Assembly: GCA_046754085.1 (NCBI GenBank)
Contig: JBHHVE010000012.1
Span: 3,764-67,763 of the forward strand
Direction of reading: 5' to 3'
DNA from: Leptospirillia bacterium
GTDB taxonomy: Bacteria > Nitrospirota > JACRHL01
DNA: 64,000 bases
Positions 1-9,028 of this stretch are shown here, one piece after another. The translations under genes were made by a program, and so were the position numbers. The notes beneath the pieces were generated by a model. The model saw only the letters and a list, made by a program, of their open reading frames with translations, made no database searches and was not told the origin of the DNA. The stretch's first letter is position 1. Each line of letters opens with the position of its first letter.

Positions 1-357
1 GTCGAAATGTCCGGGCCGATCCAGTCCGCACAATCGTTCAGTGAGCGGCCCCACCTCCACGACGGTCTGAAATCCCGGCGGGTACACCACCTCCGGCGTG
101 GGCGCGAATATGACGTCGGCGCCGTTTACTTCAGCCAACTCCCGGTCGGCGTCGAGGGTTCTCGGATAACGCCCGAAATCCTCACCGGGGCCAAACTGTC
201 TGGGATTGACAAAGATGGACACCACCACCCGGTCGCACTCACTGCGGGCCTGGCGAATCAGGGAGGCGTGGCCTTCATGCAGGGCACCCATGGTTGGCAC
301 CAGGCCGACCGACTCGCCCGCCCGCCGCCAGCCGTCGGACAGGGCCGCCATGTCCAT
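1..357 (-). CDS. panC: Pantoate--beta-alanine ligase, N-terminal part; the 3' end of the gene lies beyond the window start
   Basis: Minus-strand translation from the ATG at 357 gives MDMAALSDGWRRAGESVGLVPTMGALHEGHASLIRQARSECDRVVVSIFVNPRQFG..., with the PanC HIGH-type motif VPTMGxLHxGH. Not in the ORF track because it is truncated by the window edge. Sits just downstream of folK, as in many bacteria. Confidence 0.75.
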   Translation of the reverse strand, partial: MDMAALSDGWRRAGESVGLVPTMGALHEGHASLIRQARSECDRVVVSIFVNPRQFGPGEDFGRYPRTLDADRELAEVNGADVIFAPTPEVVYPPGFQTVVEVGPLTERLCGLDRPGHFD

Positions 358-380
358 CCGGGTGGATGCGGTGGGAATAC

Positions 381-872
381 TCAGGTCACCACCTCCTGTT
401 TCCGGGTGAGCCTGTCCCGCAATGCCGTCATGGTCTCGCCCAGAACCGGATGCACCCGCTCGGGAGCCAGCTCCGCCAGCGGCTCCATGACGAACCCTCG
501 GCGATGCATTTCCGGGTGGGGCACGCTCAGGCCGGGGCGCTGAATCACCGCATCGCCATAGAGCAACAGGTCCAGGTCAATGGTGCGGGGACCCCAGCGC
601 AGATCCCGCACCCGGCCCATGTCCGATTCAATGGCAAGACAGGCGGCAAGCAGCGCCTCCGGGCTCAGGGTGGTGGAAAGCTCGACAACACCGTTGATAA
701 ACGCCCCCTGGGGCACCGGCCCCACCGGAGCCGTCTCGCGCCAGCGAGAGGTTCCGAGCAGACGCACCCCGTCAATCCCGCCCAGGGCGAGGGCGGCGGC
801 CCGGCAACTGGCCTCGCGCTCCCCCAGGTTGGCGCCGATGCCGACGTAGGCAATGATTTCGTGGTCAGACAC
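381..872 (-). CDS. folK: 2-amino-4-hydroxy-6-hydroxymethyldihydropteridine pyrophosphokinase (HPPK)
   Basis: 163-aa ORF with HPPK hallmarks (IAYVGIGANLG, RWGPRTIDLDLLLYG); folK-panC arrangement. Confidence 0.85.
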   Translation of the reverse strand: MSDHEIIAYVGIGANLGEREASCRAAALALGGIDGVRLLGTSRWRETAPVGPVPQGAFINGVVELSTTLSPEALLAACLAIESDMGRVRDLRWGPRTIDLDLLLYGDAVIQRPGLSVPHPEMHRRGFVMEPLAELAPERVHPVLGETMTALRDRLTRKQEVVT

Positions 873-898
873 GGGAACCCCCGGAGCGAAACGCCGGA

Positions 899-1708
899 CT
901 ACTTGAGACCGAGCACATCCTGCATGTCATACAAGCCGGGAGGCCGGGTCACCACCCAGCGGGCGGCGCGAATGGCGCCACGGGCAAAGGTCTCTCGACC
1001 GCTCGCCCGGTGGCCGATCTCCACCCGCTCGCCGTCGGCGGCGAACATGACCGTGTGCTCACCGGCCACGTCCCCCATACGCAGGCTCTGCAGGCCGATG
1101 CTGCCCGGCTCGCGGGCGCCGGTCTGGCCGTGGCGCGCGAACACGCCGTGGGTGTCCAGGGTGACGCCGCGGGCGGCGGCCACCACCTCGCCCATGCGCA
1201 GGGCGGTGCCGGAGGGCGCGTCCACTTTATGACGGTGATGCGCCTCGATAATCTCGATGTCGTACTCCTCGGTCAGGGCACGGGCCGCCATGTCCAGCAG
1301 CTTGAACACCAGGTTCACGCCGACGCTCATATTGGGCGCCTTGATATACGGCAACCCCTCCATGCTGGATGCGATGTGAGCCGCCTGATCGGTGGACAGG
1401 CCGGTGGTGCCGATCACCATTGATACCCCGGCTTCCCCGGCGATCTGCGCATGGCGCACGGTGGCCTCGGGGCTGGAAAAATCAATCACCACGTCGCTAC
1501 GACCGATGTCGTGGGAAAGGTCCGGGGTCACCGTCACGTCGATCGGACCGATGCCCGCCACCACCCCGGCATCGTGACCCACCTGACCGTGGGTGGGAAC
1601 CTCGGTGGCGACGGTAACCACGGTACCCTCCCCCTGATGCACCAGCCTCACCAACTCCTGACCCATGCGCCCGGCAGCACCGGTAATGGCGATACGAAGG
1701 GTGCTCAC
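899..1708 (-). CDS. dapB: 4-hydroxy-tetrahydrodipicolinate reductase
   Basis: 269-aa ORF with the DapB signature EAHHRHKVDAPSGTA and an N-terminal GAAGRMG Rossmann motif; GTG start overlaps the dapA stop (GTGA). Confidence 0.9.
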   Translation of the reverse strand: MSTLRIAITGAAGRMGQELVRLVHQGEGTVVTVATEVPTHGQVGHDAGVVAGIGPIDVTVTPDLSHDIGRSDVVIDFSSPEATVRHAQIAGEAGVSMVIGTTGLSTDQAAHIASSMEGLPYIKAPNMSVGVNLVFKLLDMAARALTEEYDIEIIEAHHRHKVDAPSGTALRMGEVVAAARGVTLDTHGVFARHGQTGAREPGSIGLQSLRMGDVAGEHTVMFAADGERVEIGHRASGRETFARGAIRAARWVVTRPPGLYDMQDVLGLK

Positions 1709-2595
1709 GCCGTACGCTCCCGGAGCAGGCCCGCATCCGCCATCACCCTCTTAAGCTGCTCGAGACTCGCCTCGGACAGCTCACACAGAGGCATGCGCAG
1801 GTTCAATTTGATCCGCCCCATGAGGGCAAGGGCGGTCTTCACCGGGATCGGGCTGGTTTCGATAAACATCGCCGAGTGCAGCGGAATCGACTTGTAGTGC
1901 AAACGCCTCGCCTCGGCCAGGTCGCCCCGTTCCCAGGCATCGAAGGTTTGGGCAAGGTCCGCGGGAATCACGTTGGCGGTCACCGAGATGGCACCCACCG
2001 CGCCCATGGCCAGAAGACCCAGGTTGGAAAAGTCGTCGCCGGACAGCACCTGGATCCGGTCGCCACATAAGCGCAGAATCTCGCCGGTCACCGCCACCTC
2101 GCCGGTGGCCTCCTTGACGGCCACGATGTTGTCGATCGGCGCCAGCCGCGCCACGGTGGCGGGCAGCATGTTGACGGCGGTGCGGCTCGGCACGTTGTAA
2201 AGCACCTGGGGGATGTCCACCGCCCTGGCCACCGCCTCATAGTGACGGAACAGGCCTTCCTGGGTCGGCTTATTATAGTAAGGGGTGATCAACAGCGCGC
2301 CATCCGCCCCCGCCGCCTTGGCGTGACGGGTGAGTTCGATGGCCTCGTCGGTGGAGTTCGACCCGGTACCGGCGATCACCGGTACCCGTCCGGCGGATGC
2401 CTGCACCACGATCTCTACCACCCGCTGGTGTTCCGCATGGGACAAAGTGGCCGATTCGCCCGTGGTACCGCACGGCACGATGCCATGGGTGCCTTGGTCG
2501 ACATGCCAGGCGACCAACTCCGACAGGGCCTTCTCGTCCACCCGACCCTCGCTGTCGAGGGGGGTGACAAGGGCGACGATGCTTCCCCGAAACAT
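1705..2595 (-). CDS. dapA: 4-hydroxy-tetrahydrodipicolinate synthase
   Basis: 296-aa ORF, MFRGSIVALVTPL...GIVPCGTTGE..., typical DapA/NAL family; translationally coupled to dapB. Confidence 0.9.
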   Translation of the reverse strand: MFRGSIVALVTPLDSEGRVDEKALSELVAWHVDQGTHGIVPCGTTGESATLSHAEHQRVVEIVVQASAGRVPVIAGTGSNSTDEAIELTRHAKAAGADGALLITPYYNKPTQEGLFRHYEAVARAVDIPQVLYNVPSRTAVNMLPATVARLAPIDNIVAVKEATGEVAVTGEILRLCGDRIQVLSGDDFSNLGLLAMGAVGAISVTANVIPADLAQTFDAWERGDLAEARRLHYKSIPLHSAMFIETSPIPVKTALALMGRIKLNLRMPLCELSEASLEQLKRVMADAGLLRERTA

Positions 2596-2840
2596 AAATC
2601 CTCCAAGTTAATGACGAACATGCGGCGGCAACGCCTTCGGCGCCACCCACATCATTGACCGGGCCAAGCCGAAACGGGGGAACTTGCCTCCCGCCACGCA
2701 CCCTTCGCACAAATCCAAGGTGGCGCCAGCATACCACGCAAAAACTTCCCCCGGCATCCGCGTTTATCCCCAAGTCGTTGATGACAGCCCGAGCCAAGGC
2801 CGCCCGGCCTTGGGGCACAGGGTTATCCACAGCCTTATTA

Positions 2841-2888
2841 ACACTACATCGTGTGGCACGATTATTGGGGGGTACTAGATGTTGTGTT
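2841..2888 (+). promoter_or_regulatory. Putative tandem NrdR operator boxes upstream of nrdJ
   Basis: Box 1 ACACTACATCGTGTGG (2841-2856) matches the NrdR-box palindrome consensus acaCwAtATaTwGtgt. Box 2 tACTAGATGTTGTGTt (2873-2888) is a weaker copy about 32 bp centre-to-centre (three helical turns), the usual NrdR tandem spacing. A TTGACA hexamer follows at about 2896. Confidence 0.4.
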
Positions 2889-3061
2889 TTTCGGGTTGAC
2901 AGCCCATTTTCCGGCTGATAGCTTTCGAGTCACGTTGGCGGCGCGCCTCGGGTCGCAATTCGCTGGCGTTTCATATCGACGGATCGGGGATACAGGGCAG
3001 GATCGGCAAGCCCCCCCGAAAAACACCAAAATCGCAAGCATAGTCAGGAGCAGGGGCTACA

Positions 3062-5851
3062 ATGGGTGAAGAAGCGGCAAACTCCGCGGGGAACGATACG
3101 TCCGTAAACAAGGGGGCTGTGGGGGAGAAGGTGGAACGTAAAGGATCCAAGGAAACCCAGATGGAACTGGGGCAGCTGGGCGCCGAGGCGGCCAAGGCAC
3201 AACCCGGTCCCGGTCTGGTGCGGCGCTATTTCACCACCCAGGGGGTGCACCCCTATGAAGAGATCGAGTGGGAAACCCGCTCGGCCTCGATCGCCAACGA
3301 AAAGGGTGAGGTGCTGTTCGAGCAGAACAACGTCGAAATGCCCAAGGAGTGGTCGCAGATGGCCACCAACGTGGTGGTTTCCAAATACTTCCACGGCCAC
3401 CTGGGCTCCCCCGCCCGCGAACACTCCCTGAAGCAGCTCATCGACCGGGTAACCCACACCGTGGCCCGCTGGGGACTGGAGAAAGGCTATTTTTCCGGCG
3501 AGGAGGAGCGTGACATCTTCACCGAGGAGCTGACCCATCTTCTGGTGCGGCAGAAGGCCAGCTTCAACAGCCCGGTCTGGTTCAACTGCGGCCTTTCCGA
3601 GGCCCCCCAGTGTTCGGCCTGCTTCATCAACGGCACCGAAGACTCCATGAGCAGCATACTGGACCTTGCCAAGACCGAGGGCATGCTGTTCAAGGGCGGC
3701 TCCGGCGCCGGTTCCAACCTCTCGGTGCTGCGCGGCTCCATGGAGCACCTGCACGGCGGTGGCATTGCCTCCGGTCCGGTCTCCTTCATGCGCGGCTTCG
3801 ACGCCTTTGCCGGCGTCATCAAAAGCGGCGGCAAGACCCGGCGGGCGGCAAAAATGGTCATCCTGAACGCCGACCACCCCGATATTGTTGAATTTATCGA
3901 GTGCAAGGAAATCGAGGAAAAGAAGGCTTGGGCCCTGATCGACGCCGGCTACGACGGCGGCTTCAACGTCCCCGGCGGCGCCTACGACTCGGTTCACTTC
4001 CAGAACGCCAACCACTCGGTGCGGGTGTCCGACGAGTTCATGCGCGCGGTCATCGAGGACAAGGAGTGGAACACCGTGGCCCGCACCACCGGCAAGACGA
4101 TGTGGACCTATCAGGCCCGTGAGCTGATGGACAAGATCGCCGAGGCCACCTGGGTCTGCGGCGATCCGGGTATGCAGTTCGACACCACCATCAACAGCTG
4201 GCACACCTGCCCCAACACGGCGCCGATCAACGCCAGCAACCCGTGCTCCGAGTACATGTTCCTGGACGACTCGGCCTGCAACCTGGCCTCCCTCAACCTG
4301 ATGAAGTTCCGCCTGGATAACGGCGATTTTGACGTGCCCGCCTTCAAGCAGGCGGTGCGCGTGGTGTCCCTGGCCCAGGAGATCATCGTCTCCGGCGCCA
4401 GCTACCCCACCGAGCTGATCGGCAAAAACAGCGAGGACTACCGCCCCCTGGGCCTGGGCTTCGCCAACCTGGGCGCGCTGTTGATGAGCAAGGGCCTGCC
4501 CTACGACTCCGAAGCGGGCCGGGCCGAGGCCGCCGCCATCACCGCGCTGATGACCGGCTACGGCTATGCCGTCTCTTCCGAGGTGGCCGCCAAGGTGGGT
4601 CCGTTCGCGGGCTACGGCGTCAACCGGGAGCCGTTCCTGCGGGTGATGAAAAAGCACCGTGCCGCGGTCGACAACATCGAGGCCCAGTACGTGGACGATA
4701 ACCTGATGGAAGCCGCCGCCCAGGTGTGGGACGAGGCCATCGAAAGCGGTGAGCGCAACGGCTACCGAAACGCCCAGATGTCGGTGCTGGCACCCACCGG
4801 CACCATCGGCTTCATGATGGATTGCGACACCACCGGGGTGGAGCCGGACATCGCCCTGGTCAAGTACAAGAAGCTGGTGGGCGGCGGTCTCATGAAGATC
4901 GTCAACAACACCGTACCCGAGGGGCTGGAGGCGCTGGGCTACAACAAGGCTCAGATCGACACCATCAATAACTATATCGATGAAAACGAGACCATCGAGG
5001 GCGCGCCGGGACTGTCCGACGAGCACCTGCCGGTATTCGACTGCGCCTTCAAGCCCGCCGGCGGCATCCGCTCCATCGCGCCCATGGGCCACATCCGCAT
5101 GATGGGTGCCACCCAGCCGTTCCTGTCCGGGGCCATCTCCAAGACAGTGAACGTGCCCCAGGAGGCCACCGTGGAGGAGATCAGGGACGCCTACATCGAC
5201 GCCTGGAAGCTCGGCGTGAAGGCGGTCGCCATCTATCGGGACGGCTCCAAACGCACCCAGCCGTTGAACACCTCCATGCAGGAAGACGGCGGCGCGGTCA
5301 AGGGCGAGGTCAAGCCGCAGCGACGGCGGCTGCCGGACGAGCGCCAGTCGATCACCCACAAGTTCAGCGTGGGCGGTCACGAGGGCTACATCACCGTCGG
5401 CATGTACGATGACGGCAGCCCGGGCGAGATATTCATCACCATGGCCAAGCAGGGCTCCACCATCAGCGGCCTGATGGACTCGGTGGCCACCGGTACCAGC
5501 ATCTCCCTGCAGTACGGGGTGCCGCTGCCGGCCCTGGTGAAGAAGTTCAGCCACACCCGGTTCGAGCCCGCGGGCTTCACCGGCAACCCGGACGTACCGA
5601 TCGCCAAAAGCGTGATCGACTATGTGTTCCGCTGGCTCGGGAACAAGTTCATCAAGCCGGAAGGGGAAGCCCCGGCGGAGACCCCGGAGCGGGTGGAACC
5701 GGCTCAGCAAAAGGGCCATGCCGAGCACGCCGACACCACCTTCCAGGCCCAGGAGGACTCACCGCCGTGCCCGGAATGCGGCTCCATGCTGGTGCGCAAC
5801 GGCGCCTGCTACAAATGCGTCAACTGCGGCTGCAGCGTCGGCTGCAGCTAA
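3062..5851 (+). CDS. nrdJ: Adenosylcobalamin-dependent (class II) ribonucleoside-diphosphate reductase
   Basis: 929-aa ORF with a class II RNR core (VSKYFHGH, SPVWFNCGL, active-site and thiyl-loop regions, ANASNPCSEYMF) and a C-terminal Cys4 ribbon CPECG...CYKCVNCGCSVGC typical of NrdJ. The true start may be the internal Met (MELGQLG, about 3161); the first 33 aa are low-complexity. Confidence 0.88.
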   Translation: MGEEAANSAGNDTSVNKGAVGEKVERKGSKETQMELGQLGAEAAKAQPGPGLVRRYFTTQGVHPYEEIEWETRSASIANEKGEVLFEQNNVEMPKEWSQMATNVVVSKYFHGHLGSPAREHSLKQLIDRVTHTVARWGLEKGYFSGEEERDIFTEELTHLLVRQKASFNSPVWFNCGLSEAPQCSACFINGTEDSMSSILDLAKTEGMLFKGGSGAGSNLSVLRGSMEHLHGGGIASGPVSFMRGFDAFAGVIKSGGKTRRAAKMVILNADHPDIVEFIECKEIEEKKAWALIDAGYDGGFNVPGGAYDSVHFQNANHSVRVSDEFMRAVIEDKEWNTVARTTGKTMWTYQARELMDKIAEATWVCGDPGMQFDTTINSWHTCPNTAPINASNPCSEYMFLDDSACNLASLNLMKFRLDNGDFDVPAFKQAVRVVSLAQEIIVSGASYPTELIGKNSEDYRPLGLGFANLGALLMSKGLPYDSEAGRAEAAAITALMTGYGYAVSSEVAAKVGPFAGYGVNREPFLRVMKKHRAAVDNIEAQYVDDNLMEAAAQVWDEAIESGERNGYRNAQMSVLAPTGTIGFMMDCDTTGVEPDIALVKYKKLVGGGLMKIVNNTVPEGLEALGYNKAQIDTINNYIDENETIEGAPGLSDEHLPVFDCAFKPAGGIRSIAPMGHIRMMGATQPFLSGAISKTVNVPQEATVEEIRDAYIDAWKLGVKAVAIYRDGSKRTQPLNTSMQEDGGAVKGEVKPQRRRLPDERQSITHKFSVGGHEGYITVGMYDDGSPGEIFITMAKQGSTISGLMDSVATGTSISLQYGVPLPALVKKFSHTRFEPAGFTGNPDVPIAKSVIDYVFRWLGNKFIKPEGEAPAETPERVEPAQQKGHAEHADTTFQAQEDSPPCPECGSMLVRNGACYKCVNCGCSVGCS

Positions 5852-5980
5852 CGGGCGCGGCCCGCTGCGGTAATACGCAGGCTGGGAAACCGGCTGGCGT
5901 GGGAGGGAAGCCCGGCGCGGAAAAACTCCCGCCTTTCGTAACTGGACGGAGGAGCACCACTCACGGATGAGAGGGGGGAA

Positions 5981-6012
5981 GGGGGAGGCGGAAACGCCTC
6001 CCCCTTTTTTTG
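5981..6012 (+). terminator. Rho-independent terminator downstream of nrdJ
   Basis: GGGGGAGGCG-GAAA-CGCCTCCCCC perfect 10-bp GC stem followed by TTTTTTT. Confidence 0.65.
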
Positions 6013-6055
6013 TTCCCGGTTTGCACCCGCCGCGCCCGCGCACCACAATCGACCC

Positions 6056-7225
6056 ATGAGCTTAAGCGCCCACATGCTGCCCAGACCGATCGAAATGATC
6101 GCCCAACTGGTTGAAAAACCATCGGTTTCCGCCGCCCTTCCGGAACTGGACCAAAGCAACCGACAGGTGGTTGAGCTGCTGGCCGGGTGGCTGGAGCCCC
6201 TGGGCTTCGCCATCCACATCCAGCCCCTGCCGGACAATCCGGAAAAAGCCAACCTGATCGCGACCCTGGGCGCAGGCGAAGGCGGCCTCGTCATCGCCGG
6301 TCATACGGACACGGTGCCCTGCAACGAACACCTCTGGGCTTCCGACCCGTTTACCCTCACCGAGCGCAACGGCGCCCTCTACGGCCTCGGAACCACCGAC
6401 ATGAAGGGGTTTCTGGCCCTGGTGGTGGAAGCGGCGCGGGATTTCCGCGCCAACACCCTCACCCGGCCGCTGACCTTCCTCGCCACCGCCGACGAGGAGA
6501 CCACCATGGCCGGGGCCAGGGCCCTGCATGCGGAAGGGCTGCCCGCACCCCGCCACGCGGTGATCGGCGAGCCCACCTCCATGCGGCCGGTGCAGGTCCA
6601 CAAGGGCATGCTGATGGAGGCCATCCGGCTCACCGGCCGTTCCGGCCACTCCAGCGACCCGGATATGGGAATCAACGCCCTGGACGGCATGTACCGGGTA
6701 TTGGCGGCGCTCATGGCCTGGCGGGAGACATTGGCGGAGCAACATAAGGACCCCCGCTTCAAGGTGCCGGTGCCCACCCTCAATCTGGGGCATATTCACG
6801 GCGGCGACAGCCCGAATCGTATCTGCGGCGCCTGCGAACTGCATGTGGACCTACGCATTCTGCCGAGCATGAGCTTATCAAGCCTGCGGGACGAACTGCA
6901 CGAGCGGGTCACCAAAGCGATCCTCGGCAGCGGTCTGGAGGTTAATTTTGAAGCCCTGTTCGACGGTATTCCCGCTTTGGAAACCGGGGATCAGGCGGAA
7001 ATCCTGAAAGCCGCCTGCGCCTTGACCGGCGCCTCACCGGGGGCGGTGACCTTCGGCACCGAGGGGCCATATCTGACCGCCCTCGGCATGGAAACGGTGA
7101 TCCTCGGCCCCGGCGATCTGGCGGTGGCGCACCAGCCGGACGAGTGCCTGAGCATCGACCGGATCGACCCCACGGTCATGCTGCTGCGCGACCTGATCCA
7201 GCGTTTTTGCGCCAATCCCGACTGA
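6056..7225 (+). CDS. argE: Acetylornithine deacetylase (M20 family)
   Basis: 389-aa ORF with ArgE/DapE M20 motifs (IAGHTDTVP, LGTTDMKG, metal-binding Glu/His pattern); located directly upstream of argA. Confidence 0.8.
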   Translation: MSLSAHMLPRPIEMIAQLVEKPSVSAALPELDQSNRQVVELLAGWLEPLGFAIHIQPLPDNPEKANLIATLGAGEGGLVIAGHTDTVPCNEHLWASDPFTLTERNGALYGLGTTDMKGFLALVVEAARDFRANTLTRPLTFLATADEETTMAGARALHAEGLPAPRHAVIGEPTSMRPVQVHKGMLMEAIRLTGRSGHSSDPDMGINALDGMYRVLAALMAWRETLAEQHKDPRFKVPVPTLNLGHIHGGDSPNRICGACELHVDLRILPSMSLSSLRDELHERVTKAILGSGLEVNFEALFDGIPALETGDQAEILKAACALTGASPGAVTFGTEGPYLTALGMETVILGPGDLAVAHQPDECLSIDRIDPTVMLLRDLIQRFCANPD

Positions 7226-7354
7226 TCGTTTCTTCATAGGAAAATTAATAAAAAAAACCTTTACTCCGGGGTTAATTCCCTCATATATGTTTTTGTTTGC
7301 TAATATATTTAAATGATTAGAGGGATATAACACTTACAACCCCTTTTTTATTAG
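7226..7354 (+). promoter_or_regulatory. Strongly AT-rich intergenic island (promoter/operator region) upstream of argA
   Basis: About 130 bp at roughly 30% GC in a roughly 65% GC background. Contains CATATATG (perfect 8-bp palindrome), the inverted repeat CTAAT-N11-ATTAG, and an A8 tract. An in-frame TAG stop lies immediately before the argA ATG at 7355. Confidence 0.4.
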
Positions 7355-9028
7355 ATGCCTAAAACACCCCACTCAGCGCTCTCCGGCGCCGACCGGCAGG
7401 CCGCCAGAAACCTCGCGCGGATTCTGGAGGACTGGCGGGAAGGCCAGGCCAAACACCTCGGCAGCCGCCCCTCCCAAGCGGATCTTGCCCGCCAGGTGGG
7501 GATCACCCAGGGGGCCGTCAGCCAGATGGTGCGGGGCCGTACCCGCATCAGCACCCACATGGCCCTGCGGCTGGCTGCGGTGCTCGGGGTACACCCCACG
7601 GAAATCCGTCCCGACCTGCCCTATCCGGCGGGGCCGCCGATTTCCGCCGCACCGTCGCCATTCGTGAGCTTCTTCCGGGGCGCCTCCCCCTACATCAACG
7701 CCCATCGGGGGCGCACCTTCGTGGTCACCTTTGGCGGTGAAACCGTGGCGGCGGAGGGCTTTGCCGCCCTGATCCACGATATCGCCCAACTCGCCGCCCT
7801 CGGCGTGCGGCTGATTCTGGTGCCCGGCTGCCGCCCCCAGCTGGGCAAGCGGCTTACCGCCCTCGGGCTCAATACAGGTTTTCGCGGCGCCCTGCGGATC
7901 ACCCCGCCGGAGGCCATGGTGGCGGTGCGGGAAGCGGTCGGCGCGGTCCGCATGGAAATCGAGGCGCTGCTCTCCATGGGCCTGCCCAATTCGCCCATGG
8001 CGGGGGCGCGGGTGCGGGTCGCCTCCGGCAATCTGGTCGTCGCCCGCCCGGTCGGTATACGGGACGGTATCGATTTCAAATTCACCGGACGGGTGCGGCG
8101 GGTGGACCGGGAGGCGATCCGGCACATGCTGGATAACAACGCCATTGTGCTGGTGCCGCCGATGGGCTACTCCGCCACCGGCGAAACCTTCAACCTGTCG
8201 GCCACCGAGGTGGCCGCCGCCTGTGCCAAGGCGGTAGCGGCGGACAAACTGATCTGCCTGACCGACGGGCCGGGGCCGGTGGACGCGGACGGCAATCCGG
8301 TGCGGGAAATGGACCTGACCGGCGCCGCACTGCACCTGGCGACGGCAAGACCTTCCGAACCCATCTCGGCCGCCCTTGCGGCCTGTATTGAGGCCCTCCA
8401 CGGCGGCGTTCCGCGCACTCATCTGCTGGACCGGCGGGTGGATGGCGCGGTGCTGCGCGAACTGTTCACCCGGGACGGGATCGGTACCCTGATCTCCAAA
8501 GGGGATTATGAAACCACCCGCAACGCCACCATCGAGGACATCGGCGGCATACTCGAGTTGATCTCCCCGCTGGAGGAGGCCGGCATTCTGGTGCGGCGTT
8601 CCCGGGAGCGGCTGGAAATGGAAATCGGTGATTACGTGGTGATGGAGCGGGATGGCATGATCATCGGCTGCGCCGCCCTGCACCGCTTTGCCGGCGAGGA
8701 GCTGGCGGAATTGGCATGTCTTGCGGTGCATCCCGCCTACCGGGGCGCCGGACGGGCCGCCACCCTGCTTTCCCACATGGTCCGCCTGGCCCGAAGGGAG
8801 GGACTCTCACAGTTGTTCGTATTCACCACGCAGACCGCCCACTGGTTCCTGGAAAACGGCTTCACCGCCGCCCGGCTGGACGCTCTGCCAGTCGAACGGC
8901 AGGCCATCTACAACAACCAGAGAAACGCCCAGGTGTACCTCATGAGCCCCCTCATGGACCCGCTCACAAACCTGCTGAAAACCGAGGAAAAACCGCCCCA
9001 TCCCCCCGAATCCGGAGACATCCCGTAA
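7355..9028 (+). CDS. argA: Amino-acid N-acetyltransferase (N-acetylglutamate synthase) with an N-terminal XRE-type HTH extension
   Basis: Residues about 115-557 align colinearly with classical two-domain ArgA (FRGASPYINAHRGRTFVV... amino-acid-kinase fold, then a C-terminal GNAT domain ending ...QRNAQVYLM). The first about 110 aa contain a canonical Cro/C1 (XRE) helix-turn-helix (SQADLARQVGITQGAVSQMVRGRTRISTHMALRLAAVLGVHPTEI), followed by a Pro/Ala-rich linker (PDLPYPAGPPISAAPSP). There is no stop codon between them. A GTG at about 7664 could alternatively initiate ArgA alone. Confidence 0.85.
   Translation: MPKTPHSALSGADRQAARNLARILEDWREGQAKHLGSRPSQADLARQVGITQGAVSQMVRGRTRISTHMALRLAAVLGVHPTEIRPDLPYPAGPPISAAPSPFVSFFRGASPYINAHRGRTFVVTFGGETVAAEGFAALIHDIAQLAALGVRLILVPGCRPQLGKRLTALGLNTGFRGALRITPPEAMVAVREAVGAVRMEIEALLSMGLPNSPMAGARVRVASGNLVVARPVGIRDGIDFKFTGRVRRVDREAIRHMLDNNAIVLVPPMGYSATGETFNLSATEVAAACAKAVAADKLICLTDGPGPVDADGNPVREMDLTGAALHLATARPSEPISAALAACIEALHGGVPRTHLLDRRVDGAVLRELFTRDGIGTLISKGDYETTRNATIEDIGGILELISPLEEAGILVRRSRERLEMEIGDYVVMERDGMIIGCAALHRFAGEELAELACLAVHPAYRGAGRAATLLSHMVRLARREGLSQLFVFTTQTAHWFLENGFTAARLDALPVERQAIYNNQRNAQVYLMSPLMDPLTNLLKTEEKPPHPPESGDIP

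Noticed and set aside
2900-3061. Looked for a cobalamin riboswitch in the nrdJ leader
   Set aside because: No B12-box (GCCACTG-like core) or the flanking conserved GGTG/GAA elements are present; NrdR boxes are present instead.
3044-5728. 894-aa minus-strand ORF antisense to nrdJ. Similar long antisense ORFs opposite rpoC (54744..58466), rpoB (58688..61192), argA (7373..8776), mreC/mreB (29489..31147), rarA (34081..35700), rny (35604..37199) and the PFOR genes (47079..48908, 48967..50556).
   Set aside because: Typical high-GC artefact: stop codons are rare in antisense frames. The products are Arg/Gly/His-rich low-complexity sequence with no motifs, and the sense-strand genes are unambiguous.
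8716-9027. Track ORF 8716..9810 as the TauE start
   Set aside because: It would overlap 310 nt of argA out of frame. The ATG at 9028, overlapping the argA stop, gives a protein that begins at the conserved first TM helix.
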